From the NCBI GenBank assembly GCA_025061115.1, contig JANZKC010000002.1, positions 64,001 through 128,000 of the forward strand: 64,000 nt of DNA. The letters are read 5' to 3'. Below the pieces are notes generated by a model. That model did no database searches. It saw only the letters and a program-made list of their open reading frames with translations, and was not told the DNA's origin. A program made the translations under genes and the position numbers. Every line of letters begins with the position of its first letter. Positions within the stretch are counted from its first letter, which is position 1. The DNA is from Candidatus Culexmicrobium cathedralense (GTDB lineage: Archaea > Thermoproteota > Methanomethylicia > Culexarchaeales > Culexmicrobiaceae). This document shows, in pieces, positions 1-8,327 of the stretch.

Positions 1-149
1 TATAACTGATGACCATATAATTAATTAGCGCTTTTCATGTATAAGAATAAGGACTCCCCAAGCTCCAGTAAAATTTAAAGCTCAAAGCTCAAATCAAAAT
101 GCCTGAATCAACTTCTAACCAACAAAGTAGCTAAAGCAGGTGGCGCTGC

Positions 150-788
150 TTGGAAAGAAGAAAGCCAAAAGTAAGATACCTTGGACGCCACATGATGTTT
201 AAGGGGAGATATGCAAAGCAAATACTTAGCGGAGAGAAAATAACAACCGTCAGACTTGGAATTGTTAAACCTAAATATGAAGATGTTATAATTCATGGCG
301 GCGGAAGACCAATATGCAAAGCAAGAATAGAGAAAGTAGAGCACAAAATGGTCAAAGAACTATCGCATGTAGATGCGATCAGAGACGGATTTAAAGACCT
401 CCTTCAACTACTAAAGGAGCTTGAAAAATTCTACGGAAAACTAAATCCCTACGACTGGGTTACCATAATAAAATTTAAAGTGCTAGAGAAACTCGACAAG
501 CTAGAGCCAAAAGACCCATATCTAGGCCTAAAGCCAGTGGACATAGCAAGAATAGCGCTCAGATACCTAAACGACCTCACCGAAGAAGAAAAGAGCATTC
601 TGCTAGAACTAACAAGATGCACAACTTTAAGAAGAACAGCCAAGAAGCTTTATGGAGACCCCCTAAAAAGGCATTATATTAGGAAGGTGGTTAAGAGAGC
701 TTTGAGAAAACTACTTGAGAAGAAAATACTTAAAGTTGAAGAGGGAAAGTTCATCAGCTACAACAGGAGTAATGGAATTGGCAATTAG
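150..788 (+). CDS. ASCH domain protein with C-terminal HTH-like region
   Basis: ILSGEKITTVR (GxKxxTxR) and DAIRDGF ASCH motifs; basic helical C-terminus. Confidence 0.8.
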   Translation: MERRKPKVRYLGRHMMFKGRYAKQILSGEKITTVRLGIVKPKYEDVIIHGGGRPICKARIEKVEHKMVKELSHVDAIRDGFKDLLQLLKELEKFYGKLNPYDWVTIIKFKVLEKLDKLEPKDPYLGLKPVDIARIALRYLNDLTEEEKSILLELTRCTTLRRTAKKLYGDPLKRHYIRKVVKRALRKLLEKKILKVEEGKFISYNRSNGIGN

Positions 789-1518
789 AAGTAGAAGCAT
801 CATCTACAGGCCATTCACCACAACTTACTTATTAGCTCTAATGATATTCACGCTTCTAATATTCCTATTAATGGCATATACGATACCGATTTTCGTTAGA
901 GGCTTAAGAATCCCTCCTCCTGCAGCCATCATGCTATTCTACTTTGCACTAATTGGAAGCTACATAAACATTCCACTGACAAGCATAGAATCTATAGAGC
1001 CAAGCATCACCTTCAGACAAATAAGGTTTTTCGGAGTAACTTGGATACTGCCTGAACTCGAGTGGGGAATTAGAAAGACCATCATAGCAATAAACCTAGG
1101 CGGAGCAATCATACCAATAGCCCTATCCCTATACCTCCTCCTACACAGCATACCAAAATACGAAATGGACCCAACTTCAACATACATCAAAGTCGCATTA
1201 GCACTCATAATAATAACTTACTTCATGAAGAAAATTTCTAGAATAGTTCCAGGACTTGGAATCGCCGTCCCATCCATGCTTCCGCCACTCATAACTGCAA
1301 TTGTATCACTAATATTATATCAAATACCTCCAAGAAGCGACCCATCAATAATAGCATACGTATCTGGAACGCTGGGCACATTAATTGGAGCAGACCTGCT
1401 AAATCTCAAGCGCATATCAAAGGTAGGAGCTAGAATCGTCAGCATTGGCGGAGCCGGAACATTTGACGGAATCTACCTCACAGGGCTAATTGCAACAGCT
1501 CTAACTTTAATTGCATAA
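772..1518 (+). CDS. DUF1614 family membrane protein
   Basis: GSYINIP, AINLGGAIIP, GTLIGADLLNL, SIGGAGTFDGI motifs; ATG at 772 preferred over TTG at 715. Confidence 0.85.
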   Translation: MELAIRSRSIIYRPFTTTYLLALMIFTLLIFLLMAYTIPIFVRGLRIPPPAAIMLFYFALIGSYINIPLTSIESIEPSITFRQIRFFGVTWILPELEWGIRKTIIAINLGGAIIPIALSLYLLLHSIPKYEMDPTSTYIKVALALIIITYFMKKISRIVPGLGIAVPSMLPPLITAIVSLILYQIPPRSDPSIIAYVSGTLGTLIGADLLNLKRISKVGARIVSIGGAGTFDGIYLTGLIATALTLIA

Positions 1519-1581
1519 GCTTCTGGAAACTACTCCAAAAATATTTTACCTTGAGACAGAGGTAGTTAAATGGGATCATAA

Positions 1582-2580
1582 ATGCCGACTTTACTAGACC
1601 CCCTTAAAGTTAAAGGATTAATCCTCCAAAACAGAATAGTCATGCCTCCAATGGCTACTGAATTAGCTACCGAAAATGGCGAAGTAACTGATCAGCTAGT
1701 AAAGCACTATGTTGATAGATGCGAAAAAGTAGGATTAATAATTGTTGAGCACTCCTACGTATCCAAGGAAGGCAAGCTATCTCCGAGGCAGCTGGGAATA
1801 TATGATGACAAACTCATTGAAGGGCTAGCTAGACTCGCAAGAGAAATTAAAAAGCATGGAGCCATAGCAGCTATTCAAATAAATCACGCAGGAGGAAAGG
1901 CATCAAGCAAGATCACGGGATTAAAGCCAATAGCTCCATCAAGCATAATTGTTCCAGGAGGAGCTGAGGAGCCATCAGAAATGACTTTAGCCGACATTGA
2001 GCGCGTACAAGAGGCATTTGAAAAAGCAGCCATTAGAGCTATTAAAGCAGGGTTCGACGCCGTTGAAATCCATGGCGCACATGGCTTTCTATTAAACCAA
2101 TTCTTATCGCCAATAACCAATAAGAGGCTAGATGCATATGGCGGCACACTGGAGAAAAGAATGAGATTCCCACTTGAAATCGTCGAAAGAATTAAAGAAG
2201 CCATAGGAGAACACCTACTCCTATATAGACTTGGAGCAGATGACATGATGCCAGGAGGACTAACAATTGAAGAGAGCAAGAGATTTGCAGTTAAACTTGA
2301 AAAAATGGGAGTAGACATAATTGACGTCTCCGGAGGTCTGTGTGGCTCAAGGCCTGAAAAACTAACCACGCAGGGATACTTCGTTCCACTAGCTGAAAAA
2401 ATAAAGTCTGTAGTTGACGTTCCAGTAATTGGAGTTGGAGGAATAAAAGACCCCCAATTTGCAGACAAAGTAGTCAGAGAAGGAAAAGTAGACCTCGTTG
2501 CAATTGGCAGAGCAATGCTTGCAGACCCGAAATGGGCTTTAAAAGCAGTAAAGAAGCTACGTAAAATCGAAAAACACTAA
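1582..2580 (+). CDS. NADH:flavin oxidoreductase (Old Yellow Enzyme family)
   Basis: NRIVMPPM, EIHGAHGFLLNQFLSP, DAYGG, DLVAIGR. Confidence 0.92.
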   Translation: MPTLLDPLKVKGLILQNRIVMPPMATELATENGEVTDQLVKHYVDRCEKVGLIIVEHSYVSKEGKLSPRQLGIYDDKLIEGLARLAREIKKHGAIAAIQINHAGGKASSKITGLKPIAPSSIIVPGGAEEPSEMTLADIERVQEAFEKAAIRAIKAGFDAVEIHGAHGFLLNQFLSPITNKRLDAYGGTLEKRMRFPLEIVERIKEAIGEHLLLYRLGADDMMPGGLTIEESKRFAVKLEKMGVDIIDVSGGLCGSRPEKLTTQGYFVPLAEKIKSVVDVPVIGVGGIKDPQFADKVVREGKVDLVAIGRAMLADPKWALKAVKKLRKIEKH

Positions 2581-2605
2581 AAGCCAAAGGCAGAGGAGAA
2601 ACACA

Positions 2606-3871
2606 TTGAAAATAAAGCTGCCATACGGCAGAATCCACATCACACTTGAACTGGAAAAGCTGAACATCAAAATAATAACTTCCAAAAAAGTTGATGCAAT
2701 CGAAAACCTAAGGGCGGCACTAATAAACAAACTTCAAAACCCAGCTGAAAGTCCACCCTTAAAGAAATTAGCTGGAAAGGCAGGTGAAATATTAGTAGTA
2801 ATTCCGGATAAAACTAGAGCATTCCCATCCAAATTAATTCTCCCAGAAGTCCTTCAAACAATTAAAGAAGCTAATCCAAATGCCAAGATAAAAATCCTAA
2901 TAGCAACTGGACTTCACAAGCCGCACACCCATAAAGAAATTTTTGAAATCGTAGGAAAAGAAATATTTAGAAACTATGAAGTCTCAAGCCACAATGCCGA
3001 AGACCCATCAACAACAGTAAACTTGAACAGAAAAACAAGCTATGGCACACCAGTAATAGTAAATGGCGAGGTCATGAAAAGCGACCTAGTTATAGGGCTC
3101 GGCCTAATTGAACCACACTTTTTTGCAGGATATTCTGGAGGCAGAAAAACAATCTTGCCAGGAGTAGCTGGAAAAGAAGCCATCTACATGAATCACAGCT
3201 ACAGAATGATAACCCATCCAAATGCTAGATATGGATTTTTAAGCGGAAATCCAGTTCACGAAGACATGGTCGAGTTCATGAAAATGACTAAGCTAGACTT
3301 CATAGTCAACGTCACAATAAATGGAGAAAAGAAAGTAACTGGAATTTTCTGCGGAGACCCAATCAAAGCCCACATCCAAGGAGCCAAGTTCCTAAACAGC
3401 TATGCGAAAGTCCAAGTAATGGAAAAGGCTGACATAGCAATTGTAACCAATGGAGGATATCCATTAGACAGAAACCTATACCAAGCAGTTAAAGGAATGG
3501 CGACAGGAGAACAAGTAGTCAAAAAAGGAGGAGTAATAGTGATCGTGGCGGAGTGCAAAGAGGGATTAGGAGGACATGAAGAATTCCACGACATCTTCCT
3601 AAAAGCCAAAAACCCGGATGATGTTGATAGGATAATAAGGAAAATGGAGCCAATTAAAGATCAGTGGGAAGCCCAAATCCTAGCAAGAATTCTCAAAAAG
3701 GCAACGGTAATCGCCGTTACAGACATGAATCAAAGCACACTTGAAGACATGCTCATCAAACCTGCAAGCAACATTGAAGAAGCACTGCAGGAAGCAAGAA
3801 GAATAGTTGGAAAGAATAGCCCAAACATAGTTGTAGTGCCGGAGGGCCCTTACATAATACCTGAAAGTTAA
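2606..3871 (+). CDS. larA: Nickel-pincer-dependent lactate racemase (LarA) family protein
   Basis: PDKTR, ATGLH, PHFFAGYSGGRK, NPVHEDM, NLYQAVKG, DQWEAQ. Confidence 0.85.
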   Translation: MKIKLPYGRIHITLELEKLNIKIITSKKVDAIENLRAALINKLQNPAESPPLKKLAGKAGEILVVIPDKTRAFPSKLILPEVLQTIKEANPNAKIKILIATGLHKPHTHKEIFEIVGKEIFRNYEVSSHNAEDPSTTVNLNRKTSYGTPVIVNGEVMKSDLVIGLGLIEPHFFAGYSGGRKTILPGVAGKEAIYMNHSYRMITHPNARYGFLSGNPVHEDMVEFMKMTKLDFIVNVTINGEKKVTGIFCGDPIKAHIQGAKFLNSYAKVQVMEKADIAIVTNGGYPLDRNLYQAVKGMATGEQVVKKGGVIVIVAECKEGLGGHEEFHDIFLKAKNPDDVDRIIRKMEPIKDQWEAQILARILKKATVIAVTDMNQSTLEDMLIKPASNIEEALQEARRIVGKNSPNIVVVPEGPYIIPES

Positions 3872-3884
3872 TGAAAGATGAAAA

Positions 3885-4382
3885 TCAAGAAGACCTCTTC
3901 ATTCTCTTAGAAAGCATTTCCACCAACTTCTCCTCTTCCAATGCATGCCTTTCCTCGCTAGTTAACTCGTCAGGCAGCCAATCAGGCTTCCGCTTACCCT
4001 TAAAGTACTCCCTAATAGCTCTTCTCAAAGCACCTACAGCAAGAACGCCGCAATGATACTTTATTGCAGGCAAACCGCCAAGCGCCTCCGAAAGCTGCAT
4101 CCAAGAAACGTTCCATGCCTCCTTCAAAGTCTTACCCTTAATCATTTCAGTCATAATGCTTGCCACAGCAATATTTGCCGCGCAGCCGTAACTTTCAAAC
4201 GTCGCCTTCTCGATCACCTGAGTTTCCTCGTCAATTTTCAAGTAGATTGCAATCATGTCCCCGCAAGCTAAACTACCAGCAACTGCAACCGCATTAGCAT
4301 CATCAAGCCTACCCAAATTTTTAGGATTCCTAAATAGCTCCAAAACCTTAGGTCCATAAGGCAGCGGGATCCTAGAAGACAT
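3885..4382 (-). CDS. iscU: IscU/NifU-like Fe-S scaffold protein
   Basis: NPKNLG, ACGD, YGCAA, LPAIKYHC: three conserved Cys; C-terminal extension. Confidence 0.9.
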   Translation of the reverse strand: MSSRIPLPYGPKVLELFRNPKNLGRLDDANAVAVAGSLACGDMIAIYLKIDEETQVIEKATFESYGCAANIAVASIMTEMIKGKTLKEAWNVSWMQLSEALGGLPAIKYHCGVLAVGALRRAIREYFKGKRKPDWLPDELTSEERHALEEEKLVEMLSKRMKRSS

Positions 4383-4385
4383 ATT

Positions 4386-5615
4386 TTACACCCCACGCTT
4401 TATTGGACTAATCGACCTAATTCTACTTATAGCTTCTCTCAATTGAACCAGCGCATATTCAATGTCATCAGCATTATGCATTGGAGTAACCTTCATCAAA
4501 ATGCTGCCATGAGCCTCCTCATACTTCCGCCCAATCGCTAAAAGCACGTGGCTTGGCTCCAAAATTCTACTTGTGCAAGCACTACCACTTGAAACATAAA
4601 TCCCCCTAGTGCTGAGCTCGACGGTTATAGCCTCCCCCTCACAGTAAAGAAAACTTACATTAACATTATCCGGAGCCCTCCTATCACCTCTAGGCCCATT
4701 CAAAATGACATCATCAATGCTCTCGAGAATTCCATCAATAAGCTTGTCCCGCAAAAACCTCATTTTACTAGTGTACTCATCAAAGTTATTTCGCATAACC
4801 TCAAGAGCCTTAGCAAACCCTGCTATAGCTGGCACATTCTCGATTCCAGGCCATAAACGCTGAGTGCTAAGCTGACCAAAAATAATTGGCTCAACCTTCA
4901 CGCCCTCCCTTATGTAAAGCGCTCCAGCCCCCTTAGGCCCATAAACCTTATGACTACTAAACGTCGCCAAGTCAACTCCTAACTTGCCTACATCAAATTC
5001 CACCTTACCAAGCGCATCAGCAGCATCAGTGTGAAATATAACCTCCGAACTCTTATCCTTCACAACCTCAACTAACCCCTTAATATCCTGAACAGTTCCA
5101 ATCTCATGATTCACAGCTGCGATACTAACCAGAAGCGTGTCATCATCAATTACATCGGATAGAACATCAACATCAACAAAACCTTCACTATCAACAGGAA
5201 CCTTAACCAAAGAATACCCATGCTTTTGAAGCTCCTCAGCCGGAAAAATTACACTTAAATGCTCAATACTAGATACGACGATCTTCTTCCTGCCATTCCT
5301 ATTGGCTTTAGCAACACCTAAGATCGCCACATTATTTGCCTCAGTCCCACTATGAAAGTGAGCTATTTCATCAATAGACGCACCAATAAAGTCTGCAATT
5401 ATCTTCGTTGAAACATGAAGTTTCTCATAAGACTCCCACCCCACTTTATGAGTAATTGAAGGATGACCAAAACCAACAGCTTCATAGCAATTAATCATCT
5501 CCTTCAAAGCCTCTGGAAGAATCAAGCCCGAATTCTCCGAATCCAAGTAAACCTCTCTCACAGGCTTACCATGCATTTTAATTAAATCCTTAACACCCCT
5601 CACAATATCCGACAC
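4386..5615 (-). CDS. iscS: Group I (IscS/NifS-like) cysteine desulfurase, atypical active site
   Basis: IEHLSV, SSHKVYGPKG (PLP Lys), SSGSACTS (catalytic Cys); directly upstream of iscU. Confidence 0.8.
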   Translation of the reverse strand: MSDIVRGVKDLIKMHGKPVREVYLDSENSGLILPEALKEMINCYEAVGFGHPSITHKVGWESYEKLHVSTKIIADFIGASIDEIAHFHSGTEANNVAILGVAKANRNGRKKIVVSSIEHLSVIFPAEELQKHGYSLVKVPVDSEGFVDVDVLSDVIDDDTLLVSIAAVNHEIGTVQDIKGLVEVVKDKSSEVIFHTDAADALGKVEFDVGKLGVDLATFSSHKVYGPKGAGALYIREGVKVEPIIFGQLSTQRLWPGIENVPAIAGFAKALEVMRNNFDEYTSKMRFLRDKLIDGILESIDDVILNGPRGDRRAPDNVNVSFLYCEGEAITVELSTRGIYVSSGSACTSRILEPSHVLLAIGRKYEEAHGSILMKVTPMHNADDIEYALVQLREAISRIRSISPIKRGV

Positions 5616-5639
5616 AGCAAATCAAACCTCCTACTACCA

Positions 5640-5882
5640 TCACCTAACTTTAACGCAAATCTCATACACATCACTTTCAACATCCATCCTTAAAAACTCA
5701 TGTCCAACAGCTTCAGCCCACTCCTTAGCATCAGGAACAGCATTCGGGTCAGTTGCAAGCAATTTAATAACAGCTCCAGCTTTAGCACACTTAACAGCCT
5801 CAAAAAGCATTATCAAAGGACCAGGACAGGACTTATATCTAGCATCAACAATGACATCTACCTTCAATGTAAATACCCCCAC
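5640..5882 (-). CDS. tusA: TusA/SirA family sulfur carrier
   Basis: VDARYKSCPGP (CPxP), LATDP, WAEAVGH. Confidence 0.85.
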   Translation of the reverse strand: MGVFTLKVDVIVDARYKSCPGPLIMLFEAVKCAKAGAVIKLLATDPNAVPDAKEWAEAVGHEFLRMDVESDVYEICVKVR

Positions 5883-5914
5883 CTAATAAACAAACAGACG
5901 TAAAAAAGGCTCTC

Positions 5915-5940
5915 TCGAAAACGTTCGATGAAAAATCGAA
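5915..5940. promoter_or_regulatory. Overlapping palindromes upstream of tusA-iscS-iscU (putative operator)
   Basis: TCGAA-aacg-TTCGA (5915-5928) and TTCGAT-gaaaa-ATCGAA (5924-5940). Confidence 0.35.
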
Positions 5941-6167
5941 TTGCACCTGCACTATAAAACCCTTTAGAATTATAACTATGTTATATTTAAGGCTTTTCTC
6001 CTCTCATACTTATAAAGTACTGAAAAGCGCAAGGGCAGGAATATTAATAAAATATCACACCGTTATATTTAAATGATCCACAATCATTCGCCAAATCAAG
6101 CAGCATGCAAAACTGAGATGCAAATCAAAAATAGTGGAAGAAGCTTAAACTTCCACGTAGATATGAG

Positions 6168-7415
6168 GTGTTAAATATGTTAAATGTGAATGAAATTAGG
6201 AAGGACTTCCCAATACTTAACATCAAGATAAACGGGCATAAGCTCATTTACTTTGACAATGCAGCTTCAAGTCAAAAGCCATTACAAGTAATTGAGGCAA
6301 TAAAGAGATTTTACCTAGAGAGTTACGCTAATGTTCATAGAGGAGTGCACGCACTAAGCCAAAAAGCTTCCGAATTATATGAAGAAGCCAGAGAAGCTGC
6401 AAGTAAATTCATCGGAGCAGAAATGAATGAAGTGGTTTTTGTCAAAAATACCAGTGAAGCAATAAACTTGATAGCATACACTTGGGGTCTGCAGAACTTA
6501 AATGAAGAAGATGAAGTTCTAGTCACCTTAATGGAGCACCACAGCAACTTAACTCCATGGATTACCCTTTCAAAATTTAAGAAGTTTAAAGTAAAATACG
6601 CGGAAATAAATCCCGATGGAACTCTAAATTACGAAGACTTAGAAGAAAAAGTTAACAATAAAACTAAAATCATAGCCATAACACACATGTCAAACGTAAC
6701 TGGAGCCATAAATGACGTAAAGAGAATAATTAAGCTAGCTCACGATTATGGAGCGCTAGTTCTAATTGATGGAGCGCAATCAGTGCCCCACATGCCAGTA
6801 AACGTGAAAGACCTCCAATGCGACTTTCTTGCATTCAGCGGACACAAAATGCTGGGTCCAACGGGAATTGGAGTATTATACATCAGGGAAGACGTGATCA
6901 ACAAAATGGAGCCCACCATCAGTGGAGGAGGAACCATAAAAAAAGTTAGATGGAGCGCAGAGAAAGCCGCATGCACCATTGACTGGGCAACCACGCCTGA
7001 AAAGCTAGAAGCTGGAACGCCTAACATTGCAGGGGCAATTGGACTTGCAGAAGCCATCAAATATCTAGAGAAAATAGGGATGAAGCAAGTTAGAAAGCAC
7101 GAAGAAGAGCTAGTTAAATACACGCTTAAGAGATTTGAGGAGCTCAGTAAGGTAAAAATCTACGGCCCCCAAAAACCCGAAAATAGAGGCGGAATAATAA
7201 CATTCAACATTGGACAGTTAAATCCACATCAAGTAGCACTAATCCTCGATCAGTATGGAATCGCTGTTAGAAGCGGATTTCACTGCGCCGAACCTCTTCA
7301 CCACCTGCTGGGCGCAAATAGTGGAACTGTAAGAGCAAGCTACTACATATATAATACAAGTGAAGAAGTAGACAAGATGATTGAAATTATCAAGAAAATT
7401 GAGGAGATAGCATGA
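6168..7415 (+). CDS. sufS: Group II cysteine desulfurase (SufS/CsdA)
   Basis: YFDNAASSQKP, ANVHRG, FSGHKMLGPTG, RSGFHCAEP, VRASYY. Confidence 0.93.
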   Translation: MLNMLNVNEIRKDFPILNIKINGHKLIYFDNAASSQKPLQVIEAIKRFYLESYANVHRGVHALSQKASELYEEAREAASKFIGAEMNEVVFVKNTSEAINLIAYTWGLQNLNEEDEVLVTLMEHHSNLTPWITLSKFKKFKVKYAEINPDGTLNYEDLEEKVNNKTKIIAITHMSNVTGAINDVKRIIKLAHDYGALVLIDGAQSVPHMPVNVKDLQCDFLAFSGHKMLGPTGIGVLYIREDVINKMEPTISGGGTIKKVRWSAEKAACTIDWATTPEKLEAGTPNIAGAIGLAEAIKYLEKIGMKQVRKHEEELVKYTLKRFEELSKVKIYGPQKPENRGGIITFNIGQLNPHQVALILDQYGIAVRSGFHCAEPLHHLLGANSGTVRASYYIYNTSEEVDKMIEIIKKIEEIA

Positions 7416-7678
7416 TCAAAAAAAAGTACATCAAGCAAACAATTAAGGGTTGCGGAGAAAAAGCCAACTTCATCATAATTCTCAAGTGGAAGCACAAAGA
7501 CGAAGCATTAAAGAAAATCCTGGAAAAGTGCAGCGAAAAGCAGAACATGGCTGGACTATACATTAAAGGAAAAATAAATGGTGTTGAACTAAATATGTTT
7601 GCAACTGGAAAAATATTAATTCGAGGAATTGAAGAGGAAGAGGAACTCAACAAGTTTCTAGAAAAAATTCTAAAATAA
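7412..7678 (+). CDS. Small Cys-containing protein translationally coupled to sufS
   Basis: ATGA overlap with sufS stop; 88 aa; GCG and LNMFATGKILIRG. Confidence 0.65.
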   Translation: MIKKKYIKQTIKGCGEKANFIIILKWKHKDEALKKILEKCSEKQNMAGLYIKGKINGVELNMFATGKILIRGIEEEEELNKFLEKILK

Positions 7679-7690
7679 ATCAAGTAATCT

Positions 7691-8107
7691 TTAACTTTCA
7701 CGCTCCAATTTCATCAATCTCTCAATGAAAGCTAACAGCTTTTCCAAGGTAACTTTACTTATGACATGCTCAATCGCACAAGCATCCCTCTCAGCAATCT
7801 CTCTCGGCACACCCAACACATTAACTAGAAAGTTTAGCAACTCCATATGCTTCCTATAAACTTCCATCGCTAACTGCTGCCCTGCATCCGTCAGCTTAAT
7901 TCTACCATACCTTTCATGATCAACCAAACCAGCTTCCTTCAACCTTCCAATAGCCTCACTCACACTCGAACTCTTCACATTTAAAAAGTCAGCAATCTCC
8001 TTAACTCTAGCCGAACCATACTCAAGCGAAATTAAGTAGATAGCCTCCAAATAATCTTCAAGAGATGGAGAAATCTTCCTACCACTCAAAAACATCCCTC
8101 TGCACAA
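7691..8107 (-). CDS. DtxR/MntR family metal-dependent repressor
   Basis: SLEDYLEAIY, HTH, HMELLNFL, ERDACAIEH; follows feoB. Confidence 0.92.
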   Translation of the reverse strand: MCRGMFLSGRKISPSLEDYLEAIYLISLEYGSARVKEIADFLNVKSSSVSEAIGRLKEAGLVDHERYGRIKLTDAGQQLAMEVYRKHMELLNFLVNVLGVPREIAERDACAIEHVISKVTLEKLLAFIERLMKLERES

Positions 8108-8123
8108 TAATAAATTAAATTGG

Positions 8124-8142
8124 AAGGTAAAAAATTTACCTT
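8124..8142. promoter_or_regulatory. 19-bp palindrome upstream of the DtxR-family gene
   Basis: AAGGTAAA-aaa-TTTACCTT. Confidence 0.45.
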
Positions 8143-8327
8143 AAGCCAAGAAAATGCAGATTAGGAATAATTTACCTCATCTAACATAAATTGCAATGAA
8201 AGCCGCATACTACTTAATCCCAAATGGAAAAAGGTGAATTAAATTACACTCTCCGCACCAATTTGACACTTATTTTAACATCAACATAAACTCCATCAAT
8301 CATTTTGTCAAGACATTAATAAAATAA

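Noticed and set aside
1884-2468. Long antisense ORFs (also 22900-23415, 41455-42000, 53711-54175 and others)
   Set aside because: Lie opposite well-supported genes and have no motifs
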